From positions 1 through 53,322 of the forward strand of contig CAJVPI010000109.1 in the NCBI GenBank assembly GCA_910592345.1: a DNA stretch of 53,322 nucleotides. Direction: 5' to 3'. Below the pieces are notes generated by a model that was not told the origin of the DNA, ran no database searches, and saw only the letters and a list, made by a program, of their open reading frames with translations. The DNA comes from Paraglomus brasilianum. Taxonomy: Eukaryota. Shown here in pieces: positions 11,242 to 23,865 of the stretch. The first letter of the stretch is position 1, and each line of letters starts with the position of its first letter. Made by a program: the position numbers and the translations under genes.

Positions 11242-13018
11242 ATGAACAAAACAGCTATGGAGGACGTTCACTTGAGCTCTTCGTCATCTAAAAGAATCTG
11301 GGTAAAATATGGTGACGGCCGGCCGGTAAAGGTTGCCTTCGACGGAAGCGATGTGGACGACTTGAAAGAAGCAATAAAGAAGAAGTTATCGCCTGATTTA
11401 GATGATGTGGCCGTTAGCCGGATCACCCTGAGGAAGCACGGCAAGGAAGAAGACTTGGATCCGGGACTAGTTATAGATGACAACTTTAAAAACACCTCGA
11501 AAACATCTCTACAGCTTATCATAAATGCACCTGGTATGTATTCAAGTTTACTTGAAAGCATCATAGAGTTGATTTGCTGAAGTCGTTTTCTCTTATGCGT
11601 CTCTGTCTTGTTTATCTGCGTTATCGTCGTAGCGTCCAACAAGAGAAAACTGTCCCCTCATTCGCAATACATGGAAGACCTCAAGTGCATTAAAATGGAC
11701 GAGCTATTTTGGAATCATCAGCCCCCATCAGCACAAGGCATTCCGACTGAGTTGCTGCATTCCGTGTTTGGTCAATTCCTAGATGACTGCACGGCCATTC
11801 AACCAGAGTTCCAAGATGTGCAGTTTACATATGAGTTCAGTGCTGAAATGTCCAGATACTTTTGCACTGAGGGTGCACGTGCAGCGAGTTTCCGGGATCT
11901 ATTCAAGAAACACTTCGATATTGATCTTTGCTGTGTTGAGTTGTCTGCCTCAGATGACAAAAATAATAAGCTGAGGACTGACAGTACCTTATATGAGGGT
12001 AAATTCATGGTGATAAATGTAGAAGTAAAGTCAGAACTTTGCACTGGCACAAGCAATCCATATATCCAGAACATTGCATATTACAAGGAATACCTCCTTA
12101 AGAATAGTAACATCACCAAAATGACCAGGCTTCCCTGTTTTCTTATCGTTGTGTCAGGACCACTGTTCAGTATCTCAACTGCCATTTATGGTGAAAAGGT
12201 CACTGTGGATCCATATCCATATGTCCTTTCCCTTGATTGCTCTTTATATCATTATATGAGTCTCACCCATGTCTTTTGTGCTCTAAGGAATGCATTAAAG
12301 GTCTGTAAATCGAGCATTGGTTGAAGGCAATGACATGACAATTAACCATTTGTTCCTTATATTAAAGGCCCTGCAGCAGTATTACATCATGCCCCCACTT
12401 ATCGAGCCAGATCAACAACCATTTCCATATATTGACTCTTTTTTGTTTGATGATGAAGTCTGTGTTTACTTCAAGTATCAAACTAGGCTTAACCCATTAG
12501 TGTTTGTTGTTCAGGTGGTGAAAGATGCACCAGAGAACTTTCCGGAATATGTTGTTGTAAAATTCACTCATTGTTATGATAAAAACATCCATCAGGCCTT
12601 TGCAAAACTCAAGATTGCACCACAGCTCTATGGCTTTGAACATCTACCTGGTGGATGGAAAATGGTTGTGATGGCATTTGTAGGTTATGATTTTAAGATA
12701 CTATTAGAATGTGAAAAAAATCAATATATCAAGCAGGCTGTGGAGGAAATGGCAATGAAGATGCATGGTGAAGGGCTTGTACATGGTGATCTACATGATT
12801 GGAATATCCTTTGCTGCTACAATGACAATGACAATTCAGCAGATATATTTTTTGTTGATTTGGACTGGGCTGGCCAAGAAGGAACAGTTCAGTACCCCTT
12901 AAATATCAATCCAGATATCACTCGACATCATGAAGCAACAGCTGGTAGTCTTATTCATAAAGAACATGATTTGTATTTGTTACAGGAAATTTTCAAAACC
13001 TGTAGAAGTTGTAAATAG
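11242..13018 (+). CDS. Crinkler (CRN)-like protein: ubiquitin-like header + PD-(D/E)xK REase + APH/RIO-like kinase, ~536 aa, 3 exons (11242-11533, 11633-12300, 12368-13018)
   Basis: GT-AG introns splice in frame. Header: IWVKY...DVDDLKEAIKKKL...LQLII. REase: RTDST...VEVKSELCTG..NPYIQNIAYY. Kinase: VVVKF, APQLYG, VVM, HGDLHDWNIL, VDLDWAG, YP..IN. Confidence 0.85.
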
Positions 13019-13380
13019 CGGCTGCAAAAAAATAAGCATCAGTTTTATGTAATAGTTATTTTTCACAAGACAAAGAATCAGGAGGCTTGCAATTTAATAA
13101 AGTCTTTTTTTGCTGCATTCGTTTCTGGCAAAAAATCCCTCCAATTGTAAGGTAACGATTTTATTGTCCACATCCACTCGAAAACCATAATGTAGGACTA
13201 CGTTGTATATAGATGAGCTACATATACATACCATAGCTGTCGTTATTACCTGCACGAAAATGAAGCGTAAAACATTAACTCAAACATTCTAGCAGTTCCC
13301 GAAAGGTTACTTTGAAATTATTACATACGTAATCAGAATAAATCGCTTGGCCAAAAGCCTTGGCCGTTCAAATAATATTA

Positions 13381-13844
13381 TTAAAACTTTCCATCAAATG
13401 CATTTTCGGGCCTTGGAACACGTTGGCTCTCCCAATTTTTAAATTGTCCTTCTTTTGCTTGTAATCTCTTAGATAAACATACAAGAACATTTTAATAAAG
13501 CCGTATCGATCATACAATTTTAGTAGAGTTTAATTACCCAGTATTCTTCCTGAGCATTCAGCTTTCTCCGTTTCGGATCCATCTTTAATTTTTCCTCGCT
13601 ATCCAACTAATCCCATCACTAGTCAGAAAATTTATTCCATTAGAAAAACCTCATCGTTAATTTTACTTACAGACTTGACGCGCTTCGCATAAGCATCATA
13701 TCTTGTTTGCGTCATAAAGCTCAGCCCATATGAACCAGCTATTACAGAAAGTATGAAAGGCAATCCGACCACGAAGAACGGATACTTTCGAACAATTGTC
13801 TTCAATGGAGGCGTTTTCAGTGGTCGACGTCTGAATACAACCAT
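13381..13844 (-). CDS. COX16: Cytochrome c oxidase assembly protein COX16 (3 exons)
   Basis: KYPFFVVGLPFILSVIAGSYGLSFMTQTRYD, then exons LDSEEKLKMDPKRRKLNAQEEYW and RLQAK...WESQRVPRP. Confidence 0.92.
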
Positions 13845-14280
13845 TGTGGGGCAAACATTTCAGGTTGATCAAATGTTTATCCGCAATGATCGACATACGA
13901 ACCTTGACTCCATGACTATTTTGCCAACTCCTCCACCGGCCAGATACACGTATTTGATATCCAGGTATTTCGAGACAGACAATGATATGTACATACATTG
14001 AACGTTATATTCTAATTTAAGTTGATCGCTATTACCAAGGCGAGGCGACATAGCTTTATCGGTCTTTGCGGGGACATTGTCCTATTATTACTACGAACGC
14101 AACAATCCACGAGAACCTGGAAAGTCGTTACACGAATTGATTCAGAAAAGAGTTCGAAAAGTTCGCCCACTAGGGAATCGCATCAATCAATAAGGTTCAA
14201 TATCAATCATGTTCACAAACGACTTTTGTAACATAAATCAAACATTAGCATTTTTTGTTTAGTCAATCACTATTCGTCTA

Positions 14281-16667
14281 TCATTGCGGTTCAACGTTCA
14301 CTTTGCGATTCCATTCTCTACTTCGAATCAAGCTGTCAATTATCTTAATACCACGGTGTCCCCAAATCGGATTTTTCTCCCACGAACGCTGCTCAGCCAA
14401 TTCAATAGATAATTCTTGAGGAGTGCGGTTTTTCCTAGCCGATTCTGCTAGGATGCTCTTTGTCAGATTGTAAATTGAATTCTAAGGTGCATTATATATG
14501 TAATAAGGTTGTCGAAATTAAAACATGGAATTTGGAGAAACGAGAGAGATTGGTGCAAAGGAACGCTTCAAACTTACATCCCACGAATCACCCAAATGCA
14601 TTTCAATGTTGGGATCATTATCGACATATCCTACCGCTTCATCTGCGCAGTTTACAATTCCTGGTCGTATGGATGTTTTGCATTAATGTTGAGATTAATG
14701 TTCATTTCTGTGATATCAGTATTAACCGTACTTACCCATTCTGTTGGCCAAAAAGTCTGTTAATAACAGCAACCGTATTAGTCAGTCTTGTATGAATAAA
14801 CAACCAGACATCCCATATGCTAGTCTCCTTCCTTACCGGGTACATAAATGATCCCTCGTTCGGCCAAAAGCTTGTCATCACTCGTTAAATCTATGGTATA
14901 ATCACGAGATTGAAAAGTTTAATGCCGTGTCTTTGCCATGAAAGCTGTCTTATAACATTATCACGCATCAACAGACATATCGATGAGAATGATTTATGGC
15001 TAGTTTAGACATACCATTAAGTTGATTGTTTGCGGCGCCGCAGATAACCTTTGCTTTTATGTTGGGAATTGTCTGTGGGTTCAGAATGCCACCAACCGCA
15101 CATGGTGCTAACGCGTCTACATCTGCGTATTGAGACTGCGTTAGTCTGCCCTTACACACACGCCCATCATAAAATTGCATTCCGCAAAAAATAAATACCC
15201 TCATATAGTATCATATCGTCTCGAGACAAAACACTCTCCAGCCTAAGCCGTCCGCTAGCAGTCCACCTTCTCAATTGTTCTGCAGCCAAATTTATTCGCG
15301 ATGAATCAATATCGGAAGCGATGATATGAGACACTTCTTTCCTGAGAAGATGTTCTATGAGTTTGATGCCTACGTGCCCAACACCCTAAATGAGAAACAG
15401 ATCGTTTGAGATGAAATGTACTATCAAACTAATAGCGGTTAAGAAAGTAGCAAACCTGAACAGCGATTGTTGCGCCCTCTAGTGATTTCCCAATATATGA
15501 TAGAGCAGCTTCTAAGCCTCGAAGAACGCCTCGAGCCTATCGATTATGACATATTACCTGAGATGCAAAAAACAAACCGAATATTGCATTTCATGTGTCC
15601 AGACTTACCGTTGGCTCACTTGGATTTCCTGATCCGCCAAATTCATGTGGAATACACGTTGTAAAACGCGTCTTAGAAAACATTGCAGCCATGTCTTGAT
15701 CTAATAATGCGATGGGAACTTTAATGTTATAATTTTAGAAAATACTAAAGATGCTCATGACAAATACCCATTGTTCCTACGTCTTCAGCAGTCACATAGC
15801 AACCTCTCAATGCACTTGAAATTTAAAAATGCAACAATATAAATAGGCATGTATTCGAAAAAATCTGTACTTTCAAGAAATGCCAAATATCTTTTCCAAC
15901 GTACGTCATAAAGCTGCCATACTCTTCATACACAATTTTTCTGTCGTCGGCCTTACTGCCTGGCCCTCTGCATGCCACAATTATTCACAAGTAATTAGCT
16001 ACAATGAAATAACTTCTTCCTTGTGCATTCTAATTTTAACGCGATACTCACAGTCCGACTCCAGTATTCCTCGCCAACAAACCCTTCCCGCCACCCCACC
16101 ATAACCCGGCTAGAGCATTCTTATGGGTCATACCACGAGACAGACGTAGACCGTCTCGGAACCAGTCTTCTACAGTCCTATAAGTCCAGTTACGGACGCC
16201 TCCTGCGCCAGCACCACGACATGTGCGATGTATGAACGCTCCCTTTTGAAGCGTTGGAATAGAAGAAAGTATGAGCGATGGAAAAATAGAAATTGTGTGG
16301 TTTGAACGCGTCACTGAATTTTTCACCTGCAAAACACCTGACTTTGGACCGATCTGGATAAGAGAGATAGTCAATATATAAACATTTCGTAATCACCAAA
16401 TCTATGGCAATTTTTGAATCCAATCCAATCCAATCCAATCCGTCGCCACGAACACATCCGTACCTGGCCAAAAATACCTTCGTGTGAATCGAAATCTCTT
16501 CCTTCATTTCTAAAATATTCTACAATTGGATCTAATGCGCTATGTGATGTTGCAAACTTTCTTGCATCCGGTTTATAGACAGCATGGAACGTAGATATCC
16601 CGCGAGATCTAAGGAAATATATAAAGTCCGGGAGATTTAGTGTGAGAAGCGCTGGTTTTGTAGCCAT
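14281..16667 (-). CDS. Glu/Leu/Phe/Val (leucine-dehydrogenase-like) NAD-dependent amino-acid dehydrogenase, multi-exon
   Basis: [41 protein letters not shown], Rossmann [36 protein letters not shown]. Confidence 0.9.
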
Positions 16668-17655
16668 TAAAAGAGAAGTATGATATATAGACAATACTAG
16701 ATAGACAATACATGATGAAATATTCGATGGTTTTTTAAATAGGAGGCAGGGGCCAACAATTCTGAAAAGGGCTTTTTTTTTCAGTGTCACAACAACGTGA
16801 CTAGAATGTATGTTAATTCGTTTGCTATATCTCTAAATAAACATAGCGGTATTGACTTTACTATTCTGTAAGATGTTTGTAATGGACTATCCCCATGCAA
16901 TAATGTACAATATTCGTTTAGTCGAGATTATAAATGCCTAAACTGGATTTTAAACATTATTATATTAAACGTTTATCAACAACAAAATCTAACACGCGTC
17001 AAATTGAAAGAGATTATTTAAATTTTAATTCTAAGAGGGCGATGTCTTCGAGTTGGTGTTTTGACTAATCGGGTATCCTTTTCTCAATTGCGTTATAAAC
17101 TAAGCTGTAAGGGCCTTAGCTAATGCCAGGGACTATGTATTATTCCCTATCGTTGGATATGTTTAGGCTGATTAAGCCTACTTTTACCACTAAAATTCTA
17201 ACTCTTGTTAGTGAGTTAGAATACCTTCCTGAATGAGTATAATTCAATTTACAGTATGTGTAGACTATGAATTATTAATATTTAATTATGAACTATTAAA
17301 CGTGCTATTAACACATGAATGGCACACCTCTACACACTAACTACACTAATACTAATGGAATTTTTACGCTCCTTATAAATAATCGCGTTTACTAATTTTA
17401 GCCAAAAACTCTATGCGAGTATGTCTCGATTTCATTGGGTCATTATTATGACTCAATTTCATTAATTTATACGAACATTCAGATGTACTGTCGCTCCACT
17501 ACAAATGTTGTTACCTACGAAACCAAGCTCACAAGATAAAAACTTTTAATGCAATAATTGTAATTGTACAAGTGATAATCATTATAATTTCAATCACGTG
17601 ATATGATATTTTAAAAGTGACATTTCTTCAAGTTTATTTAAATGATCACCTTCTA

Positions 17656-18632
17656 ATGAAAAGCTCTTCAGTTGAAAAAGACGACCTTGTCGTGAGTAGA
17701 GCTTTTCCTACTTCAAAAAAAAAACCTCTTGGATCACTAAACACGCGACCACCAGCTAATGGAGAAGAGTATTTGCGCCTGGTTAACGAAGAAGCAAATA
17801 AAATACCAGCAGTTAAAATTGCGCCTTCACCAGCAAATAAACAATCCGACGATAAGATAGCAGGATGGGTGAAGAGGGGTTGGGCTGAGATGAGGAAAGA
17901 AGAAAATGCAGTCGATGAATTGATGCCCAATAAAGAGTGGGAAATAAAGTTTTTGGACTGGTTTGAGGACACGAGACAAGTCAGTGTTTGTGCTAGACGA
18001 TGGTTCAACATATGCGTGCTTAATTGTTAATTAATTATTGTGCTAAAGGAGCTACGCAGGTGGATTGATAAACAAGCATCCAGTATTAACCAAGCAGCCG
18101 AGGTGTTGGAAATGCCTAAACACAGGAATAAGACTGCTTGGTACAAGTTCTGCTACGGATCCGCAGGGACATCCCCCACCCTTTCAATAATCTCAAAGAT
18201 AGATCAGGTTGGTATGTAAAATCTAATAGCACTCAATGATGTCTTCAACGATATTTATCAAAAACTGATATGTATAATATGTGCAAATCAGCAAACAACT
18301 CTTTCTTTAATATCATATCATACTGAATGGCTCTCTGGTAACGAGATCTCTAAGGCACAATCACAATGGATCTTTGCCCTGCTGCTGAGAATAGACAAGC
18401 TGTTGACTCCTAATCAGACTTCACTGCTGAGGGAACTTTGTAGAAAATGTATAGACGTTAGGAAAAATTTGGTAAGGTAACCGCATATGTTATTCTCTAT
18501 ACATTGTTACAAGCATTACTAAATGGTATCTACTCCAAACAGTCGGCCTGTGACGTTGAAGACATTAATTTCGCCTCTGCCAATATAATAATTTCAATAA
18601 TAAGAGGTAGCTTTGGCCAAAAAGATCTTTAA
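17656..18632 (+). CDS. GEMIN2: Gemin2/SIP1 (SMN-complex, Brr1-like) protein, multi-exon
   Basis: PPANGEEYLRLVNEEA motif, QWIFALLLRIDKLLTPNQTSLLRELCRKC, and C-terminal FGQKDL*. Confidence 0.88.
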
Positions 18633-18779
18633 CAGCGTACCAAAAAATCGGCATTCTTTTAAACTCAATCGACATCTTTATTGACTTATTAGCTTGATCA
18701 AGTTTAGCTTGACGAATCAACTGCAATAAATACTTTATCTCCATTAAGAAACTCTGTCACAATCCCCGTTACATTTGTG

Positions 18780-20807
18780 CTAATGTGCTAATACACTAGT
18801 ACTGGTAACACTTTTCTCGACAAGATTTCCGTGTACCAATCTTAATTGCTCGTCAGTCCAGATGGGCGCAGGTTTAAGATCACCAGTACCCACTCCAGCG
18901 CACCCTCCTTCGGCCTCCCAATCTTTAACACGCTTTAATCCATTCCTACTCCAAATGGACTCCAACACATCTACCAAATAATTAGCCATCTCGGGGGTAT
19001 GACCCGGGGTAGGGGTAATCCGAAGACGTTCCTGTCCACGAGGAACAGTAGGATAATTGATACTCTGAACATATATGCCATAATCTCGCAACAGCTGGTC
19101 AGAAGCAAACTTACAACGTTCAGCATCACCGACAAGTACAGGAACAATATGAGAAGGATTAGGCACAACAGGAATATCAATCTCGGCTAATTTAGCCTTA
19201 AGAGAGCGAGTGTTTAACTGTTGCATCTCTCTCTCTTTCGTGGATTGCTTAAGATAGTTGATAGAAGCCTTAGCACCGGCCACAACGGCGGGTGGCAATG
19301 AAGTAGTAAAGATAAAACCTGGCGCGTACGATCTAATCATATCTACCAACCGAGCAGACCCGGCAATGTACCCACCAACAACACCATATGCCTTCCCAAG
19401 AGTGCCAGAGATAATATCTACTTTATCCAAAATGCTTCCATTACCACCATAAGGATGTCTAGCATTTAACTCATAATCTAGGTGCTCAGCCACGCCAGCT
19501 CCTCTCGGTCCATACATTCCTACAGCGTGGACCTCGTCAAGAAACGTAATTGCACCATATTTCTTTGCTAAATCACAAATCTTTTCAATGTGCCCTACAG
19601 TACCACTCATAGAGTAAACGCTTTCGAAGACAATAATCTTTGGAGTACTAGTCGGTACAGTTTGTAACTTTTCTTCGAGATCCTTAAGGTCGTTATGCTT
19701 GAAGATTAATTTCTTGGCTCCAGAATGACGAATACCTTGAATCATCGATGCGTGATTAAGCGCATCGGACAAGATGACGCAGTTTGGGAGTTTGGCAGCG
19801 AGAGTGGAAAGAGCAGCATCGTTGGCCACGTAGCAAGAGGTAAAGACTAGAGCGGAGGCCTTGTGATGAAGATCCGCCAATCCAGCCTCGAGTTGTAAGT
19901 GGAGGTCGGCATTACCGGCTATGTTGCGCGTACCACCTGCACCTGCACCGTATTTACTAAGAGTTTGTCTGTGAAGAGCGAAGCATGCAAAGTGCCCAGG
20001 AAAAGAATAAAGGGAATGCGGGACAAAAGATTAGGTGGCTTGGTAGGAAATAATTAGAGGAAAACAAATACAAAAGGAAATGAAAAATTCTCAAAGTTTG
20101 CTTACTTCATAGTTTCCAGGACAGTAGGGTTTCTTCCCATTCCAAGATAATCATTGCTGCACCAGACAGTGACTTCCTCATTGGCATTAGCAGTATGGGC
20201 TCTAGGAAATTTCTGAGCAAGTCTATTGATATTGTTAAAGTAACGATAGCTCTTATCCTTGTGCTTTTTATCAAGCTCTTCTTGATATAATCCTTCATAA
20301 TCGAAAGATTGAGAATTGGTCTTGTGAGTTACTGGAGGGTGATGGAAGGGGCAAACACCTGTTGATTGGTAGTTGGGTCGGGGAAAGCGTAATTAGTATA
20401 AAAATGGTTGTTTATCAGGATGCTGAGCCAACAAAAGTTATCAAATTCTCGGACAACAATATCTAATTGCATAATATTCTTTTCTTACCTTCGTTTCTTT
20501 TTTTCTTGGTTTCTGTAGGATGGGTAGCAGGAATAGCAGCAGGAAGTTGACTAGTGTCGTTCACAATGCTCGCATGATTTAATTTCAAAGTCGGCTGCTG
20601 AGCCATAGGAGCACTGCTATGAAGGTAACGGTTACTTTGAACCGCCATAGCTTTACCCATTATTGGGCATTTCTTCGCCATTGACAACAACCCGTTGCCG
20701 CCATCAGCAACTGGGGCTGGAGTACGGGCAAGGTTACGGAGAGTAGCGGCGGAATTACGGTATAAGAATGGACAAGCCTTTCTAGAGGTTTTCAGAATCG
20801 ATTCCAT
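18780..20807 (-). CDS. HEM1: Mitochondrial 5-aminolevulinate synthase (exons 20807-20489, 20358-20106, 19968-18780)
   Basis: [68 protein letters not shown] (PLP Lys), [10 protein letters not shown], and CP motifs in the presequence. Confidence 0.97.
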
Positions 20808-21895
20808 CGAGGAAATACCAATACAAATTTTTGAAATTTAGATAACAAATCTTTGTTCGAAACAATGTTTAGGAAAACAGGTTTGAGCAGGGAAAATTTC
20901 ATTATTTATGTACGATAAAGATGATCGGCAAGTAAATGTGTGCATTGTGAATAATACTAAGCAGTCCCGCGATAGCATCATGCTTCTGCTAAATTCGTGT
21001 CACTAAATGGAGTAATTTGTATTCCAATTGGAGCAGGCGATCATGTATCAGAAGCGACAATGGTTTAGCGTAAAAATCGCAGTCTCGCATATTAATATTC
21101 TGTAAATGAGATGTGTTTGACTCAAATTGCAATGGTCCAATGGCATTTTATCTTAGTCACATGAATTCTCATCATTGGTAAGGTGAATGTGTGAGAGACC
21201 ACCATAACAGTAAGTAGTATAGTTTCCAGTATGAGATTTAGAAATATATTTTCAGTCTTGTCAACTACAGCGGGAAATTTAATTTCTCACATTATTGATA
21301 CAACCCTGATATTAACTCCATTGGTAAAATCGAAGACACGCTTCAAACTTGTATTTACAGTCGATAATTTCTGCAAACGCTGTTGGTTTTGCTTCTTGCA
21401 TATTTCTTGCCTTTGTTTCAATAGATAAATGCTGACAAAGAGTTTAAAGTTATTCCATTAATATTAATTTACGACTATTACTATCAGTATGTGACACAAA
21501 ATGACCCGACTACCCGAAAAAGGCTGCATGCTAAACAGTGCAAAGCTCCTGTAATAAAGTGTTTGCGAGTTCGATCGTTTATAGTCCTGACAGATAACAG
21601 TAATGATATTCACAAATTTCAAACGATTACATTGGGTGGGTGTTCCTGGGAAAAAAATATACCATTTTGCTGCCTACTTCTTATCGACATCAAAATCCAA
21701 TAAACGTTGCCATTCCAAGGACTATTTTCTTCCCAGGAGACTTACAATGGCTATTTGTATAGTTTTAACGAACACTCAATTTGCACTTTCCACATATGGA
21801 GTGTCGGGCGGAAATTAATATAAATTCGTGCAATCAGCCATGTCGATCAAACCATTTCCTGGACATGTTCGTTATTATTATTGACTGTTTAAAAA

Positions 21896-23226
21896 ATGGC
21901 AAGCATTTTCTCATCACCGCTTCCATTGACAGACCACAATTTTGTAGAACCTCGCAAGATGATCAGACAGCATAGTGACATTGACGTTTGGGTAGAGTCT
22001 AAGGCATTTGCACGATTTTTGATGTTCATCAAATTGCTAAATGAAAGCATTCTCAACAAGAAGATCTCGGATCCATGCACCGTTTCTGAGGTTTACATTT
22101 TCGATTCTTGCATTAAAATGTACGTGAATTAACAAAAGAATGAGTTATCGATGGCTAACTTTGGCTTTGAATAAATCCATCATAGACAACTCAGAAACTC
22201 GTGGACATTCTAGAGCAGTTATCGAATTGGATAGATGAGATCCCCCCATTACCAACCCCGCAACGGTTTGGAAACAAGGCATTTCGTGACTGGATTGCTC
22301 GCTTAGAGAATGTATTCAATCGTCTATTGTTTAACAACTTTTTAGTAAACAATTCATCAGCTGCCTGAGATTTAACCATTTTATTATCCAGAATGCAGTT
22401 GAGATACATAAAAATCTCCTTTTACCTCAATGGCATGATGCTATAGTTGAACTGGTACCACTGTTTAATGGAAGTTTTGGTCATGGAATACGCATTGATT
22501 ACGGCAGTGGTCATGAACTAAACTTTGTTACGTGGTTGTGTTGTCTTACTCTTTTGGGTGTTTTTACACAAGAGGATTATCATGCTCTGATCTTGAGAAT
22601 ATTTTCAAAGTAAGGTCAACCTGTTTCAGTCTTTTTTTTTTCTTTTGTGAACTTTAATTAACTTCAATATTTACAGATATCTGGATCTTGTGAGAAAACT
22701 GCAAATTGTTTACAATCTTGAACCAGCCGGAAGCCACGGTGTGTGGGGACTAGATGATCATCAGTTTCTCTCGTACTATTGGGGAAGTGCTCAGTTAAGA
22801 GGTTAGCTGCATACTGACAATTACGATATATTAACAATAACAATTTCATTGACTGAATTGATGAACGTACTTCAGATCACCAACGTCTCAAACCCAAGTC
22901 GATTATCAATAAAGAGTTTGTAGAAATGTTTGCTGACGATTACATGTATTTTGGATGCATTAAACATATTAACAAGGTAATTATCCATAACTACTGGCAT
23001 GGCTATGTAATAAGGCTTGTTAACTGTCTATTTGAACATATAGATAAAAAGAGGACCTTTTCATGAGCACTCGCCTATACTCTATGACATCTCAGGAGTG
23101 CAATCATGGCAAAAGGTTAATTCTGGGTTATTGAAGATGTATGTTGCCGATGTTCTCAAGAAATTTCCTATAGTTCAACACTTACTATTCGGTACTCTTC
23201 TTCCGTTCGAGCCTAACCAAGACTAG
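21896..23226 (+). CDS. PP2A phosphatase activator PTPA (Rrd1/Rrd2 family), multi-exon
   Basis: [66 protein letters not shown]...KFPIVQH. Confidence 0.95.
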
Positions 23227-23865
23227 TCAACGGATAGCAATCAGTCTTTGGCAATACTAAACGTCTAGCATAAATATAATTTATTTGTATTAATAATTAT
23301 TAGCGAATTTTTGGGTGCATCACTTGGGTGCAATTTCAACGTCCGAACAACTCATACCTACTGTATCTCGTGGATAAGTTTTAGCATTTAGCTAGCCAAA
23401 TGAGCATATTTCGAGTTATGTATTAAAATCCTCGATGACATCAATAACTGTCTTGGTTTGTGTGTTAAAAGCAAATCTACGTGCAAGCGCAAACTCGATC
23501 GCAATCTTGTCTTGAACGTGATGGATGTATTACCATAGAACAAGCTATTGCTATCGAGAGTTTCTACATATACGTATACCGATTGAGTACAATTTTATTT
23601 TCTTCTGGGCCGCTCATCAAGTGTATGACTATTCGGCTCTGTTGAATGCTTAAATTGGAGAATTCACCGTGATATCGCGTAATTATTTAAATCTCCGATC
23701 TCATATATACGCCAATTCATGCAACTGGAACATGGTTATGTGACCGAGTTTTCTAGTTGGCATTACATGCATAAGAATAGAACGCACAGAACTGACTTTT
23801 TTGATTAGACGCGTATTTTGGAAGGAAATAAAGCCTAAGCATTTTATTCCAAAAACACGAACTTA

